Part shown: piece by piece, positions 1 to 10,363 of the stretch
Position numbering within the stretch: the first letter of the stretch is position 1
How the letters are laid out: each line of letters begins with the position of its first letter
Virus record (IMG/VR): IMGVR_UViG_3300032322_001765
Span: 124,001-188,000 of that record
Strand: one strand, 5' to 3'
Length of the DNA: 64,000 nt
The notes under the pieces: generated by a model
The model's database searches: none
The model's input: the letters and a program-made list of their open reading frames with translations, nothing else
Told to the model about the DNA's origin: nothing
Made by a program: the position numbers and the translations under genes

Positions 1-2
1 GT

Positions 3-3000
3 ATAAACAATTCTAGTTTATTATTTGTTTGGGGCGTCAACGCTGCCTTCCAATTAGGTACAGGTAACACGGTTAGCAGATCAAGTCCTGTACAGATTGC
101 AACAGGAACTAGTTATTCAATAATTTCTGCAGGACCAACACATGCGGTTGCAATAGATACAACTAGTAAGCTATGGACATGGGGACAACAATCAAGCGTA
201 GGGATTGATGTTAATTCATGGACTCAGGTTAGTATAGGTAATCAGTTTGTTCTAGCTATAAGAAATGACGGAAGATTATTTGCTTGGGGAGTCAATTCGT
301 CTGGTCAATTAGGATTGGGTGATACGATACTAAGGTCTAGTCCTGTATTAGTGGGTAATAATAGTTGGTCGGCAATTTCAGCGGCTATTGGTGGAAATAA
401 TAGCGCAGGTATTGCAAGCGACGGTAAATTATTTACTTGGGGTAATAATAATACGGGACAATTAGGTGATGGCACAACAATAAACAAATCGAGTCCAGTA
501 CAGATTTCCTCAGGATCAAGCTTTAGTCTTGTTGCAGCAGGCCCAGGATTCCTGTTGGCTGCATCTACTAATTATGCATTATTTACTTCAGGAGGTAATA
601 GTGTTGGACAATTAGGTGATGGCACAACAATAAACAAATCTACTCCAGTACAAATAACTGATCCGTCAGTTCAAAGTTGGATTTTTATAAGTGCAGGAAC
701 TAGCTATAGTGGTGGCATAGATAATTTAGGAAAGTTATATACTTGGGGAACAAATTTCCTTGGTATTTTAGGTCATGGCGACACAATTAATCGTTCAAAA
801 CCAACTATAGTATCAGGATCGACTAGTTGGTCTAAAGTAAGTGCAGGTGGTGTTAACACATTAGGTATTACTAATTTAGGAGCACTATATGCATGGGGAC
901 AGAATAACGTAGGACAAATAGGTGATGGCACTACTATAAACAAATCTAGCCCAGTACAAATAGGTTCAAGTAGTTGGTCCGCAGTTGCAGCTAGTGATAG
1001 TGTATCTATGGCTATTAGGTCAGATAATACTCTATGGACTTGGGGGCATAATAGTGTAGGACAATTGGGTATAGGTCTTACTACAAATAGATCAAGTCCG
1101 GTGCAAGTTGTAGCTGGCGCACAATGGTCTTCAATAGCTAGTTCTGGTAATAATACTATGGTAGCTATCTCAATAGCTACTGGAACTAGTAATAAACTTT
1201 ACTTGTGGGGCTTCAATGCCTCAGGACAATTAGGTACAGGAGACACAGTAAATCGTAGTAGCCCCACATTACTAGCAGGAACTACAGGAACTGTTATACC
1301 AACTAAAATTTTAAATTATCAAAGCTTTAGCCAAGTAAGCACTGGTATATCTTACACTATAGCTAAAAGAGCTAATGACAATGTTTTAATGGGATGGGGT
1401 ATTAATACTTCTGGACAGTTAGGAGATAATACCGCAACACAAGCAAGAAGGAGTAATCCTACATTAATTGGATATAGAACTTTTGTAGACGCATCAGAAA
1501 ATAATATTACCTCAGTAACATTCACTGGCTCACCAAAAAATGTTGATTTTAGTCCTTTTGCAAATCAGCCATATAATACTGTCACTAGTGGTGGTAGCAC
1601 ACAATTTAGTGGATTAGGTGATGTCATTAACTGTGGCACAAACTCAGTATTTGCATTTGGTACAGGTCCGTTCTGTATTGAGTTTTGGTGCTATAATAAT
1701 ATATTGAAAGCTGTAGCAGCAGTAACAACCAATCCATCTGTCACAAGTGTTACAGATTCATTCATTGTGGGATGGGACGCCGCTGGTTCATATAACGTAG
1801 TGGTAGGAAATACTACATTTGCTTCTTCTCCGGGATTTATAAAGACTAATGTTTGGCAACATATTGTTTGTTGTCGTGATAGTTCCAATAATGTGGCTGT
1901 GTTTATTGATGGTGTGCGAGGATCTCCCGGCGTCGTTGCTAGCAACTTAGTCAGAACAACATTAGGAATAGGAGATTTCCCTACAACCCCATCTCAAAAT
2001 ATTGATGGGTATTTGTCAAATGTACGTCTAGTTAAAGGTAGTTCAGTATATGATCCTACATTGTCAACGTTAACTGTACCAACTTCTCCTTTAACTGCTA
2101 TAGCAAACACTGTTTTACTGACATGTCAAACGTTTGGAACCGCATACACAGGTAATATATCTGCTTTGGGATCAACAAGTGTATTTGGAAACTCAAATAG
2201 TCAGTTATATGTAACTGGTTTAGCAGCATCTGGTCAGTTAGGTGATAATACAACTATTAACAAATCTAGTTCAGTACAGTTAGGTACAGGATACGTAGGT
2301 TTAAACACTAATTACAATACACCTACATTAATTTCAAATCAATCATGGTCTTCAGTAAGTGCAGGCACTAGTTATAGTTTAGCACTGAGAAATGATAATA
2401 GTTTGTTTGCTTGGGGACTTAATAGTTCAGGACAGTTAGGTGTTTCAAATGCAGTTGCAAGAGGATTCCCAACTCAAATAACAAATAATAGCAGTACGTT
2501 TACAGATAACAGTACAAATAATTTTACGATTACACCTAACCTTTATGCACGAATGGTGAATTTTACACCATTTGCAACAGTGCCATATGATACAAGTGTA
2601 TATGGTGGATCAGGATCTTTTATATCAAATGATACATATGTAAGCATAGCTAGTAATGCAGCATTCGACTTGCCGGGCGATTTTACTATTGAACTTTGGT
2701 TTTACCTAAATTTCCCACCGGTTGCCAATAGTGTAATGTTATTAGATCGTTGGGTTACAGGAGTCGCAGGAAGTTACCAATTATATTACAGAGGCACTGG
2801 AAGATCAATCACATTCCTTGTGGATAGCGCAACAGTATTATTACAAGATCCTTCACCTGATACAATTTTACCAAACGTTTGGTATCATGTTGCAGTTGTT
2901 CGTAATGGGGTCGGATCAAATAATGTAACATTGTATATTAATGGTTTACCAAAAATTTCTGCTACTTATACAAGTTCTCTAACAACTAGTAATACATTAT

Positions 3001-6000
3001 ACTTAGGGACTCAAGGTTCAACTCTCACCGCTGATTTAGATGGGTATTTGTCTAATGTGAGAATAGTTAAAGGAGTTGCGGTATACACAAGTAGTTTTGT
3101 TGTGCCAACAAGTCCGTTGACCGCTATATCTGGTACTAGTTTGTTGACATGTCGTGATATAGGTTCAACAACAATATTCAATAAGTTTTCAGCAGGAGCA
3201 GCACACACTTTAATTAGAAATAGTGCTAGTACACAGGTATCTGCATTTGGGCTTACTACATCTGGACAACTTGGTTTAGGTGATACAATTAATAGATCAA
3301 GTCCTGTTATAGTAGGTAGTGGTACTCAAATCAATACTTACACAAATAGTCCTGTTCTAGTAACACCAGGTACTAGTGGATATACACAAGTATTTGCTGG
3401 ACAAAGCTTTAGTGTTGTAAAAAGAACTGACGAAGTTTATGTGTGGGGACTCAATAGTTCAGGTCAATTAGGTGACAATTCAATTATTAACAAATCAAGT
3501 CCTACGTTACTAAGTGCTGGCACAAACTTACAAATTGTGGATCAAAGTAATAGTGGCTTCTCAATTTTACGAAATGGTACTGGATACTCTACTACAGTAG
3601 TACCATTTGCAGGCGCGATATCTGGTTATTTTGGTGGTTCTCCTAACGGATTGCAGGTTGTAAACGCAAATCAATTAGATTTTGGAGTAGGTGATTTTTG
3701 TATGGAATGTTGGATATATCCAACATTATCATATTATCCTCTATCTGGTGTCTTCATGTCACATGGACAGTATAATGGATCAGGCTACTATATAGGTATG
3801 TCATGCTATCAAGGAAACATTAGAGTAGCTATAAGTAATCCCAATACAACACTTACTACTACTGTAGGTGTGACTCCGTTTACCGCTAATACGTGGTATC
3901 ATGTTGCAGTTATTAGAAACCAGTCTACTGTATTACCCTCAACAATGAATATGTATGTTAACGGTACAATTATTGGTTCTATAACCAATACAAATAATTA
4001 TGATTCAGTAGCAAATGAAGGAATAGGTTCTGCTTTTGCAGGAAGTGGGGCAAGGTCACCATACTATTATTTTACTGGATACATTAGCAATGTTCGTATT
4101 GTCAAAGGAAATTATGTTTATGGTGGTAATGGTGCCGTTGGTAATTTCACGCCTCCAACAAGCCCATTAGCAAAAACACAATCAGCAGGTACAAATATAA
4201 ATGCTATAACAGGTAACGAAACTTCCTTATTGATTTACAACACACCTAGTTCGGTAACAGAAGTAAGTGAAGGTTTCAATTTAATTAGTGCTGGTTATAC
4301 ACATGTTACTTCTGTATCAAGCAATAATAAATTATATGCATGGGGATTAAACTCTAGTGGACAATTTGGTACTGGTAATGCAGTAACGTATAGTTCTCCT
4401 GTGCTTGTCGGTAATAGTCAAATAATTAATACTGGTACATTAAGTCCGGTGCAAGTGAATTTTGGATTGCCGAATAGTTGGGCTAGTGTTGCAGCAGGAC
4501 AATCATTTAGTATGGTTCGTGCATTTGATGGTAGTGTTTATGTTTGGGGATTAAATTCCTCAGGACAATTAGGACAAAGTGATTCGATTAATAGATCGAA
4601 ACCAACGTTGGTTGGTGGTCAATTAAATGCTGTATTGGATGTTAGTTCAGCAGCAAATACAATTACTAAATATGGAACCACATATACTACAACAACTGTA
4701 CCAACTGCAGGAAGTGTTGCCGGATATTTTAATGGTGTTAGTGATTATCTAAGATGTGATGCTGCTTTATCTGGTCTGACAACTACTACTGCTCAATTTA
4801 CAATTGAAGGATACGGTAATCCATCAACTTACAGTGGTTTTGCAAACGGTAGATTTATGATTGGCATCAACTCAAAAAGTTCAGGAACTAATAATTTATT
4901 AATAGGCGTAGATAGAATCTATTATAATGGAACAGAAATATCAAGTCTTAGTTTGCCATTAAACACTTGGACACATTTTGCGGCTACTTTTGATGGGACG
5001 ACATTCAGATACTTTATAGGAGGTGTTGAATCGTATTCAGAAGTTGCTGCACCTCAAACAGCATTTAGTAATAATGTATTTTTAATAGGAACAGAGGCTG
5101 ATGCTGCCGACGGAGGAACGTTAGGTAATTATTTACAAGGATATTTGTCAAATATTAGAGTAACACCTCAAGCGTTGTATACAGGTACATTTACGCCTCC
5201 TACTGGTATTTTGACAACATCAAGCGTAGGGACTTCAGGTCCAAATGTTGCTGCAAGTTTATCAGGAACAGTTTCGTTCTTAACATATACGACAGCTGCC
5301 GCTACAATCGATGGGGCACAACCGTTTTATCAATCGTCTATAGCTGCAGGCGCAACTCATTCAACAACTGTAAATGATTTTAATATTCTTTATGCATGGG
5401 GAGCAGGAGGGTCTGGTCAACTTGGAACAAATGCGATTAATAATTTATCAAGTCCGGTAGTGGTTGGTGGACAAACGAATGCTGATTTTAGAAGTCCAAT
5501 ATTAGCGGCATCAGGTAGTTGGTCAAGTGCAAGTGCAGGTGCTAGCCATAGTTTAGCAATAAAGGTCGATAATACATTGTATGGTTGGGGACTTAATAAC
5601 GCGGGTCAACTTGGATTGAATAATACAATTGATAGATCAAGTGTTACACAAATTGATACAACAGATGCTTATGCTTCTGTGAGTGCGGGTAGCAGTACAT
5701 CAATGGTAATTAAGTTAAATAATTTGCTTTATGCAACAGGTTTGGGTACTTCAGGGGTATTGGGTACAAATACTGCAATTAATAGAAGTAGTTTTGTTCA
5801 AGTTGGGTCAAATAGTTGGACTTTAGTATCAACTGGACTTACGACTTCAATGGGTATTGATTCAAATAACCTCTTGTATAGTTGGGGAGCAACAACACTA
5901 GGTCAGTTAGGCTTAAGCACAACTACTCCTGCTAGAAGTAACCCAACATTAGTACAAGGTATTAATCATCAAACAAAATCACCAACTTTAGTTGCAGGAA

Positions 6001-7904
6001 GTTGGAATGCAATTAACGCAGGATTATCACATACTGCTGCATTAAGAAATGCACAACTTTATACATGGGGACTCGCAACTTCAGGCCAAATTGGAAATAA
6101 TTCTGTTACAAACAGATCAAGTCCAGTTTTAATAGGAGCCGGACTAGTAACAATTGTAGATATAAGTTCTTTTAGTAGAACCATATCTACTAGTGGTAGT
6201 CCATACTCACAAAACATTGTAATACCTTTTGCAAATACATCCTCAACTAGTTTTGATGGGAGTTCAGATAATGCATTCTTTGCTTTAACCTCCTCCTACT
6301 GGGATGCAGACTTCACTATTGAATTTTTTATAAAAACTACGGACACAAAGTCACCTGCAGTAATTTTTAGTAATTGGTTTGACTCTAGCTTTTTAGGTGG
6401 TTCTTTTTCTTTGAGTATCTTCTTAGGACAAGTTCGTGTTTCTCATTATCAAAGTAGTGGAACAAATCAAACACAATTTATATCCACAGCAACATCTGTT
6501 AACGACAATAATTGGCATCATGTTGCATTTACTCAAGTACAAGGTATTAGTACTAAAACTTTTCGTATTTTTATTGACGGAATATTAAGTGCGTACAATG
6601 TTCAAACTACTTGGACGCAAGGAAGTTCAAACCCTAACAGCTACATTGCGTCACAAAATCCAGGAACATTTGGTGTAGCAAGTAGATATTTTAATGGATA
6701 TCTTTCTAACTTTAGATTAGTAACTTCAGTAGTTTACTCTACTAGTAGTACGACTATTGGAGCAACAATATTTACGCCTCCATCAAATGCTTTAACCAAT
6801 ATATCAGGAACTCAAGTATTAATTATGGTTCAACCTGTTACTGGTTCGGGTGGCTACAGTTCTACATTTGCAGGTTCGGCAACTACTTATGCTATTCGTG
6901 ATGACGGTAACTTATATGCATGGGGTTTAGGAACTACAGGACAAATAAGTGGCTATGAACAAGCAATTAATAGATCCAATCCAAACCAAATAGGTAATAA
7001 TTATCTTAGTGTCAATCAAAGCAGTCCGGTTTTAATTGCTAGTGGTAGTTGGAGTAAAATAGGTGCTGGTGCTAGTGTAAGTGCAGCTATACGCAGTGAT
7101 GGGTTGCTATTTACTTGGGGTTTGAACACATCAGGCCAAATGGGTGATAATACAGTAATTGCTAAATCAAGTCCTGTACAAATTGGTAATAGTAGTTGGG
7201 CACAAGTAAGTGTAATTGATAACCATATGATAGCTTTGGATACTGCTAGTTCAGCATATACATGGGGATTAAATGCTAGTGGTCAATTAGGTGATGGTAC
7301 TACAATTAATAAAAGCAATCCTGTGTTATTGGGTAGTTTTACCACAATCGCCGCCGGTTCCTCATTTACAGGTGGTATTACTAATACAGGTGCTTTGTTC
7401 ATGTGGGGTGTAGGTGCACTCGGGGTTCTTGGCAATAGTGCAACAATTAATCGTTCAAGCCCAATACAAATAGGAACAAGTAGTTGGACAGCTATAGCAG
7501 CAGGAGCAAGCGTTGCTAGTGCAATCAGAAGTGACGGTAGCATATTTAATTGGGGAGCAGGCACTTTAGGTCAATTAGGTCAAGCATATTCTATTATATC
7601 ACGTTCAAGCCCAATACAATTAGGAAATGAGTATGCGGTTGCTAACGTGTACATACCAACAAAAATTGATGGTGAGTTGGGTACAACGTCTTGGTCTTCA
7701 GTGAGTGCAGGAAATTCATATTCAGCAGGAATTTCAAATAATAACTCTTTATTCTTGTGGGGATTAAATAACGCCGGCCAAATAGGACTGAATGATACTA
7801 TTAATAGATCAAGCCCAACTCAAGTAACCGGTACTTATTCGGAAGTTAGTGCTGGTAATTCGTTTACAGGCGCTAGAGCTATTATATATCCAACATCACA
7901 ATAA
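3..7904 (+). CDS. Giant RCC1/BLIP-II repeat protein with five inserted LamG (concanavalin A-like) domains; probable virion fibre/adhesin; 5'-truncated
   Basis: Frame is open from base 3 (INNSSLLFVWGVNAAFQLGTG...), so the TTG start at 315 is an artefact. Many LxxWGxNxxGQLGxGxxxNRSSPVQ repeats; five F(T/C)(I/M)E...W(Y/H/T/Q)H...GY(L/I)SN(V/I/F)R LamG modules. Confidence 0.9.
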   Translation: MNNSSLLFVWGVNAAFQLGTGNTVSRSSPVQIATGTSYSIISAGPTHAVAIDTTSKLWTWGQQSSVGIDVNSWTQVSIGNQFVLAIRNDGRLFAWGVNSSGQLGLGDTILRSSPVLVGNNSWSAISAAIGGNNSAGIASDGKLFTWGNNNTGQLGDGTTINKSSPVQISSGSSFSLVAAGPGFLLAASTNYALFTSGGNSVGQLGDGTTINKSTPVQITDPSVQSWIFISAGTSYSGGIDNLGKLYTWGTNFLGILGHGDTINRSKPTIVSGSTSWSKVSAGGVNTLGITNLGALYAWGQNNVGQIGDGTTINKSSPVQIGSSSWSAVAASDSVSMAIRSDNTLWTWGHNSVGQLGIGLTTNRSSPVQVVAGAQWSSIASSGNNTMVAISIATGTSNKLYLWGFNASGQLGTGDTVNRSSPTLLAGTTGTVIPTKILNYQSFSQVSTGISYTIAKRANDNVLMGWGINTSGQLGDNTATQARRSNPTLIGYRTFVDASENNITSVTFTGSPKNVDFSPFANQPYNTVTSGGSTQFSGLGDVINCGTNSVFAFGTGPFCIEFWCYNNILKAVAAVTTNPSVTSVTDSFIVGWDAAGSYNVVVGNTTFASSPGFIKTNVWQHIVCCRDSSNNVAVFIDGVRGSPGVVASNLVRTTLGIGDFPTTPSQNIDGYLSNVRLVKGSSVYDPTLSTLTVPTSPLTAIANTVLLTCQTFGTAYTGNISALGSTSVFGNSNSQLYVTGLAASGQLGDNTTINKSSSVQLGTGYVGLNTNYNTPTLISNQSWSSVSAGTSYSLALRNDNSLFAWGLNSSGQLGVSNAVARGFPTQITNNSSTFTDNSTNNFTITPNLYARMVNFTPFATVPYDTSVYGGSGSFISNDTYVSIASNAAFDLPGDFTIELWFYLNFPPVANSVMLLDRWVTGVAGSYQLYYRGTGRSITFLVDSATVLLQDPSPDTILPNVWYHVAVVRNGVGSNNVTLYINGLPKISATYTSSLTTSNTLYLGTQGSTLTADLDGYLSNVRIVKGVAVYTSSFVVPTSPLTAISGTSLLTCRDIGSTTIFNKFSAGAAHTLIRNSASTQVSAFGLTTSGQLGLGDTINRSSPVIVGSGTQINTYTNSPVLVTPGTSGYTQVFAGQSFSVVKRTDEVYVWGLNSSGQLGDNSIINKSSPTLLSAGTNLQIVDQSNSGFSILRNGTGYSTTVVPFAGAISGYFGGSPNGLQVVNANQLDFGVGDFCMECWIYPTLSYYPLSGVFMSHGQYNGSGYYIGMSCYQGNIRVAISNPNTTLTTTVGVTPFTANTWYHVAVIRNQSTVLPSTMNMYVNGTIIGSITNTNNYDSVANEGIGSAFAGSGARSPYYYFTGYISNVRIVKGNYVYGGNGAVGNFTPPTSPLAKTQSAGTNINAITGNETSLLIYNTPSSVTEVSEGFNLISAGYTHVTSVSSNNKLYAWGLNSSGQFGTGNAVTYSSPVLVGNSQIINTGTLSPVQVNFGLPNSWASVAAGQSFSMVRAFDGSVYVWGLNSSGQLGQSDSINRSKPTLVGGQLNAVLDVSSAANTITKYGTTYTTTTVPTAGSVAGYFNGVSDYLRCDAALSGLTTTTAQFTIEGYGNPSTYSGFANGRFMIGINSKSSGTNNLLIGVDRIYYNGTEISSLSLPLNTWTHFAATFDGTTFRYFIGGVESYSEVAAPQTAFSNNVFLIGTEADAADGGTLGNYLQGYLSNIRVTPQALYTGTFTPPTGILTTSSVGTSGPNVAASLSGTVSFLTYTTAAATIDGAQPFYQSSIAAGATHSTTVNDFNILYAWGAGGSGQLGTNAINNLSSPVVVGGQTNADFRSPILAASGSWSSASAGASHSLAIKVDNTLYGWGLNNAGQLGLNNTIDRSSVTQIDTTDAYASVSAGSSTSMVIKLNNLLYATGLGTSGVLGTNTAINRSSFVQVGSNSWTLVSTGLTTSMGIDSNNLLYSWGATTLGQLGLSTTTPARSNPTLVQGINHQTKSPTLVAGSWNAINAGLSHTAALRNAQLYTWGLATSGQIGNNSVTNRSSPVLIGAGLVTIVDISSFSRTISTSGSPYSQNIVIPFANTSSTSFDGSSDNAFFALTSSYWDADFTIEFFIKTTDTKSPAVIFSNWFDSSFLGGSFSLSIFLGQVRVSHYQSSGTNQTQFISTATSVNDNNWHHVAFTQVQGISTKTFRIFIDGILSAYNVQTTWTQGSSNPNSYIASQNPGTFGVASRYFNGYLSNFRLVTSVVYSTSSTTIGATIFTPPSNALTNISGTQVLIMVQPVTGSGGYSSTFAGSATTYAIRDDGNLYAWGLGTTGQISGYEQAINRSNPNQIGNNYLSVNQSSPVLIASGSWSKIGAGASVSAAIRSDGLLFTWGLNTSGQMGDNTVIAKSSPVQIGNSSWAQVSVIDNHMIALDTASSAYTWGLNASGQLGDGTTINKSNPVLLGSFTTIAAGSSFTGGITNTGALFMWGVGALGVLGNSATINRSSPIQIGTSSWTAIAAGASVASAIRSDGSIFNWGAGTLGQLGQAYSIISRSSPIQLGNEYAVANVYIPTKIDGELGTTSWSSVSAGNSYSAGISNNNSLFLWGLNNAGQIGLNDTINRSSPTQVTGTYSEVSAGNSFTGARAIIYPTSQ

Positions 7905-7930
7905 TTAATTTTGGCAAAGATATATCTCTC

Positions 7931-7938
7931 TATAAATA
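7931..7938 (+). promoter_or_regulatory. T4-like late promoter TATAAATA
   Basis: Exact TATAAATA in the intergenic gap upstream of the glycosylation cluster. Confidence 0.6.
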
Positions 7939-7964
7939 TCTAACGTTTATAGAGGGAAAATTTT

Positions 7965-9680
7965 ATGCATCCAATTGATCAACTATTGGCATATCAATTA
8001 GAAGGAAAACAAAAAGAAGCTTGGGAAATCTCTGAGAGAATGGAAAGTGAAGGCCCAGAAAATTGCAAAGATCCAACAGGTAAAGTAAATCCAGAAACAT
8101 GGATACGTCACAGTTTTAATCGTGGTTGGTTTTTATTACAACAAGGCGATTATCAAAAAGGTTGTCAACAATTAGAAAATGGAAGATTCATCAGTGTATA
8201 TGGAAGTGGTCCACTAAAAACTGATGCACCTATTTATAATCCACAAGAACATGACATTGTAGGCAAATCAATAATAATTTCATTAGAGGGTGGTTATGGT
8301 GACGAGATTATTCATGCACGTTTCGCAACAAGTTTCAAAAATAAAGGTGCTAGTAAAGTATATCTAGCAGCCGCGCCCGAATTAGTAAGTGTTTTTAAAA
8401 GAATTGAAGGTGTTGATGACGTTATATTACGCAATCAGGCACACACGGTTCAACACGATTATTGGGTTCCTGGCTTTAGTGCGGGTTGGGTAGTCGGACA
8501 TACTTTTGATGATTTTCCGGGTAAACCTTACATGAGCCCACTTCCTGCAAGTGTCGATATATGGAAAAATTTAATTAACAGTGAAAAAATAAAAGTTGGT
8601 ATACGTTGGGCAGGTAATCCTAAATTTGAACATCAGCAGTTTAGAAAGTTTCCCGAAGCTTTCATGACCAACCTTGCAAAATATAAAGAACTTCAAATTT
8701 ACAGTTTACAACGTGATCATAATATTATTCAATTACCAGAAGGTGTAACTGATTTACAACACTTCTTACTAAGTTGGGAAGATACGATGGCATGTATTGC
8801 TAACTTAGACATCGTTATTACTAGTTGTACAAGTATCGCACATATAGCCGCAGCTATGGGCAAAGAAACATGGGTGACACCTCCGATTCTACCATATCAT
8901 ACTTGGGCGTATGGAAGTCCTGAAAACACAACTAGTCCTTATTACGAATGTGTTAAGTTATTTAGACAAGAAGAATCAGGAAAATGGAATACAACATTTC
9001 AAAAATTATACAGTGCATTAGAAGAAAAATTCAATTTAGAACATGTAGAAATGCCAAATGAGGATAAAGTATTAAAACGTTTGAATTTAGGTTGCGGTAT
9101 TAATAAATTTGACGGGTATCTAAATGTTGATAACAGTGAATTAGTTAAGCCAGATCAAATAGTTGATTTAAATGTTACTCCTTGGCCATGGAAAGATAAT
9201 GAGTTTGGTCATATAGTAGCCAAAGATGTACTAGAACATTTAGGAGATACACCTAAAGACTTTATGAACATCTTAAAAGAGATGTATCGTATCAGTGATA
9301 ACGGAGCGGTATGGGAAGTACAAGTACCACATTGGCGCTGTGATATAGCAGTTGATGATCCTACACATAGACGAGTGATAACGTTAGGTACTTTTATGCT
9401 ATTAAATCAAAAGAAAAACTTTGAACGTATGAAAGAAAATCAAAGTGATTCATTATTAGCATTTGAACATGATATTGATTTAGAAGTATGTGATGTTAAT
9501 TTTGAATATTTACCACATTGGAGTGAAAGATTAAAAAGAGGTGAAATTTCTGAAGAAGAATTAAATTATGCTTTGAACACATTTAATAATGTTGCTTTAA
9601 GTATGAGATTACTAATTCAAGTAAATAAACCGGGTCGGGTGTCAATAGGCGAAATAGAATCTTTTATAGCCAATAAATAA
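7965..9680 (+). CDS. GT9-like glycosyltransferase fused to a class I SAM methyltransferase
   Basis: EGGYGDEIIHARF, VGIRWAGNP and LDIVITSCTSIAHIAAAMGK motifs of TPR/GT9-like proteins; C-terminal LNLGCG...DVLEHL. Confidence 0.7.
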   Translation: MHPIDQLLAYQLEGKQKEAWEISERMESEGPENCKDPTGKVNPETWIRHSFNRGWFLLQQGDYQKGCQQLENGRFISVYGSGPLKTDAPIYNPQEHDIVGKSIIISLEGGYGDEIIHARFATSFKNKGASKVYLAAAPELVSVFKRIEGVDDVILRNQAHTVQHDYWVPGFSAGWVVGHTFDDFPGKPYMSPLPASVDIWKNLINSEKIKVGIRWAGNPKFEHQQFRKFPEAFMTNLAKYKELQIYSLQRDHNIIQLPEGVTDLQHFLLSWEDTMACIANLDIVITSCTSIAHIAAAMGKETWVTPPILPYHTWAYGSPENTTSPYYECVKLFRQEESGKWNTTFQKLYSALEEKFNLEHVEMPNEDKVLKRLNLGCGINKFDGYLNVDNSELVKPDQIVDLNVTPWPWKDNEFGHIVAKDVLEHLGDTPKDFMNILKEMYRISDNGAVWEVQVPHWRCDIAVDDPTHRRVITLGTFMLLNQKKNFERMKENQSDSLLAFEHDIDLEVCDVNFEYLPHWSERLKRGEISEEELNYALNTFNNVALSMRLLIQVNKPGRVSIGEIESFIANK

Positions 9681-10363
9681 TGTTAAAATTAGACTATAGT
9701 TATAATCTATCAATCGAATCAGCCTACATCATCACTTTAAAAAATCATCCAATAAGTGAAAAAATGTCAGCGAGGTGTCAACAAAGCCTCGCTGCATTAA
9801 ATATGCCATATAAAGTATGGGATGCATTTGACGGTACTTCAGGCACAATTATTGAACCTAACCACAGCAAAGATGCAAGCTGGACTAGTTGGATTAAGTG
9901 GGTAGATAAAGAGTTAAGTATCACTGAGGTAAGTGTTGCATTAAGTCACATTAGCTTGTGGGCACGTTGCATTGAACTCGATCAACCTATTATAATACTT
10001 GAGCATGATGCAATTATGCTTAAAGAAATTAGAGATCATCCTGTAACAGGTGTCATTCATTATTTGGGTAGTTATGAACAGGCTAAGAAAGGTTGGCCTG
10101 TACTTATTACGCCTCCCCATGCGACCAATGGTAATAATTATCATTTTATATGCAGGGCACATGCGTACAGTATTGACCCATGGTCAGCAAAAAATGCACT
10201 ATCATATGTAATTAAATATGGCATTTGCGAATCCTTAGATATCATGTTGCGCAGTGATATTATACCTGCAATTCAATTGGGATTATATGCATATGATGAA
10301 AGCGATATTGCAAATACTACAATTGTTGGTCGTAAGAAAACGATGGATGGCAAGGAACGTTAA
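9680..10363 (+). CDS. Glycosyltransferase family 25-like protein
   Basis: AYIITL, DAFDG, SHISLW...IIILEHDA, AHAYSI motifs. Confidence 0.7.
   Translation: MLKLDYSYNLSIESAYIITLKNHPISEKMSARCQQSLAALNMPYKVWDAFDGTSGTIIEPNHSKDASWTSWIKWVDKELSITEVSVALSHISLWARCIELDQPIIILEHDAIMLKEIRDHPVTGVIHYLGSYEQAKKGWPVLITPPHATNGNNYHFICRAHAYSIDPWSAKNALSYVIKYGICESLDIMLRSDIIPAIQLGLYAYDESDIANTTIVGRKKTMDGKER

Noticed and set aside
456-640. Exact 35-nt direct repeat (456-490 and 606-640), CRISPR- or DGR-like at first sight
   Set aside because: In-frame copies of an RCC1 repeat (GQLGDGTTINKS), 150 nt apart; no spacer array, cas gene or reverse transcriptase
305-7564. Minus-strand ORFs inside the giant gene
   Set aside because: Shadow frames of a repetitive Gly/Ser/Thr-rich coding strand
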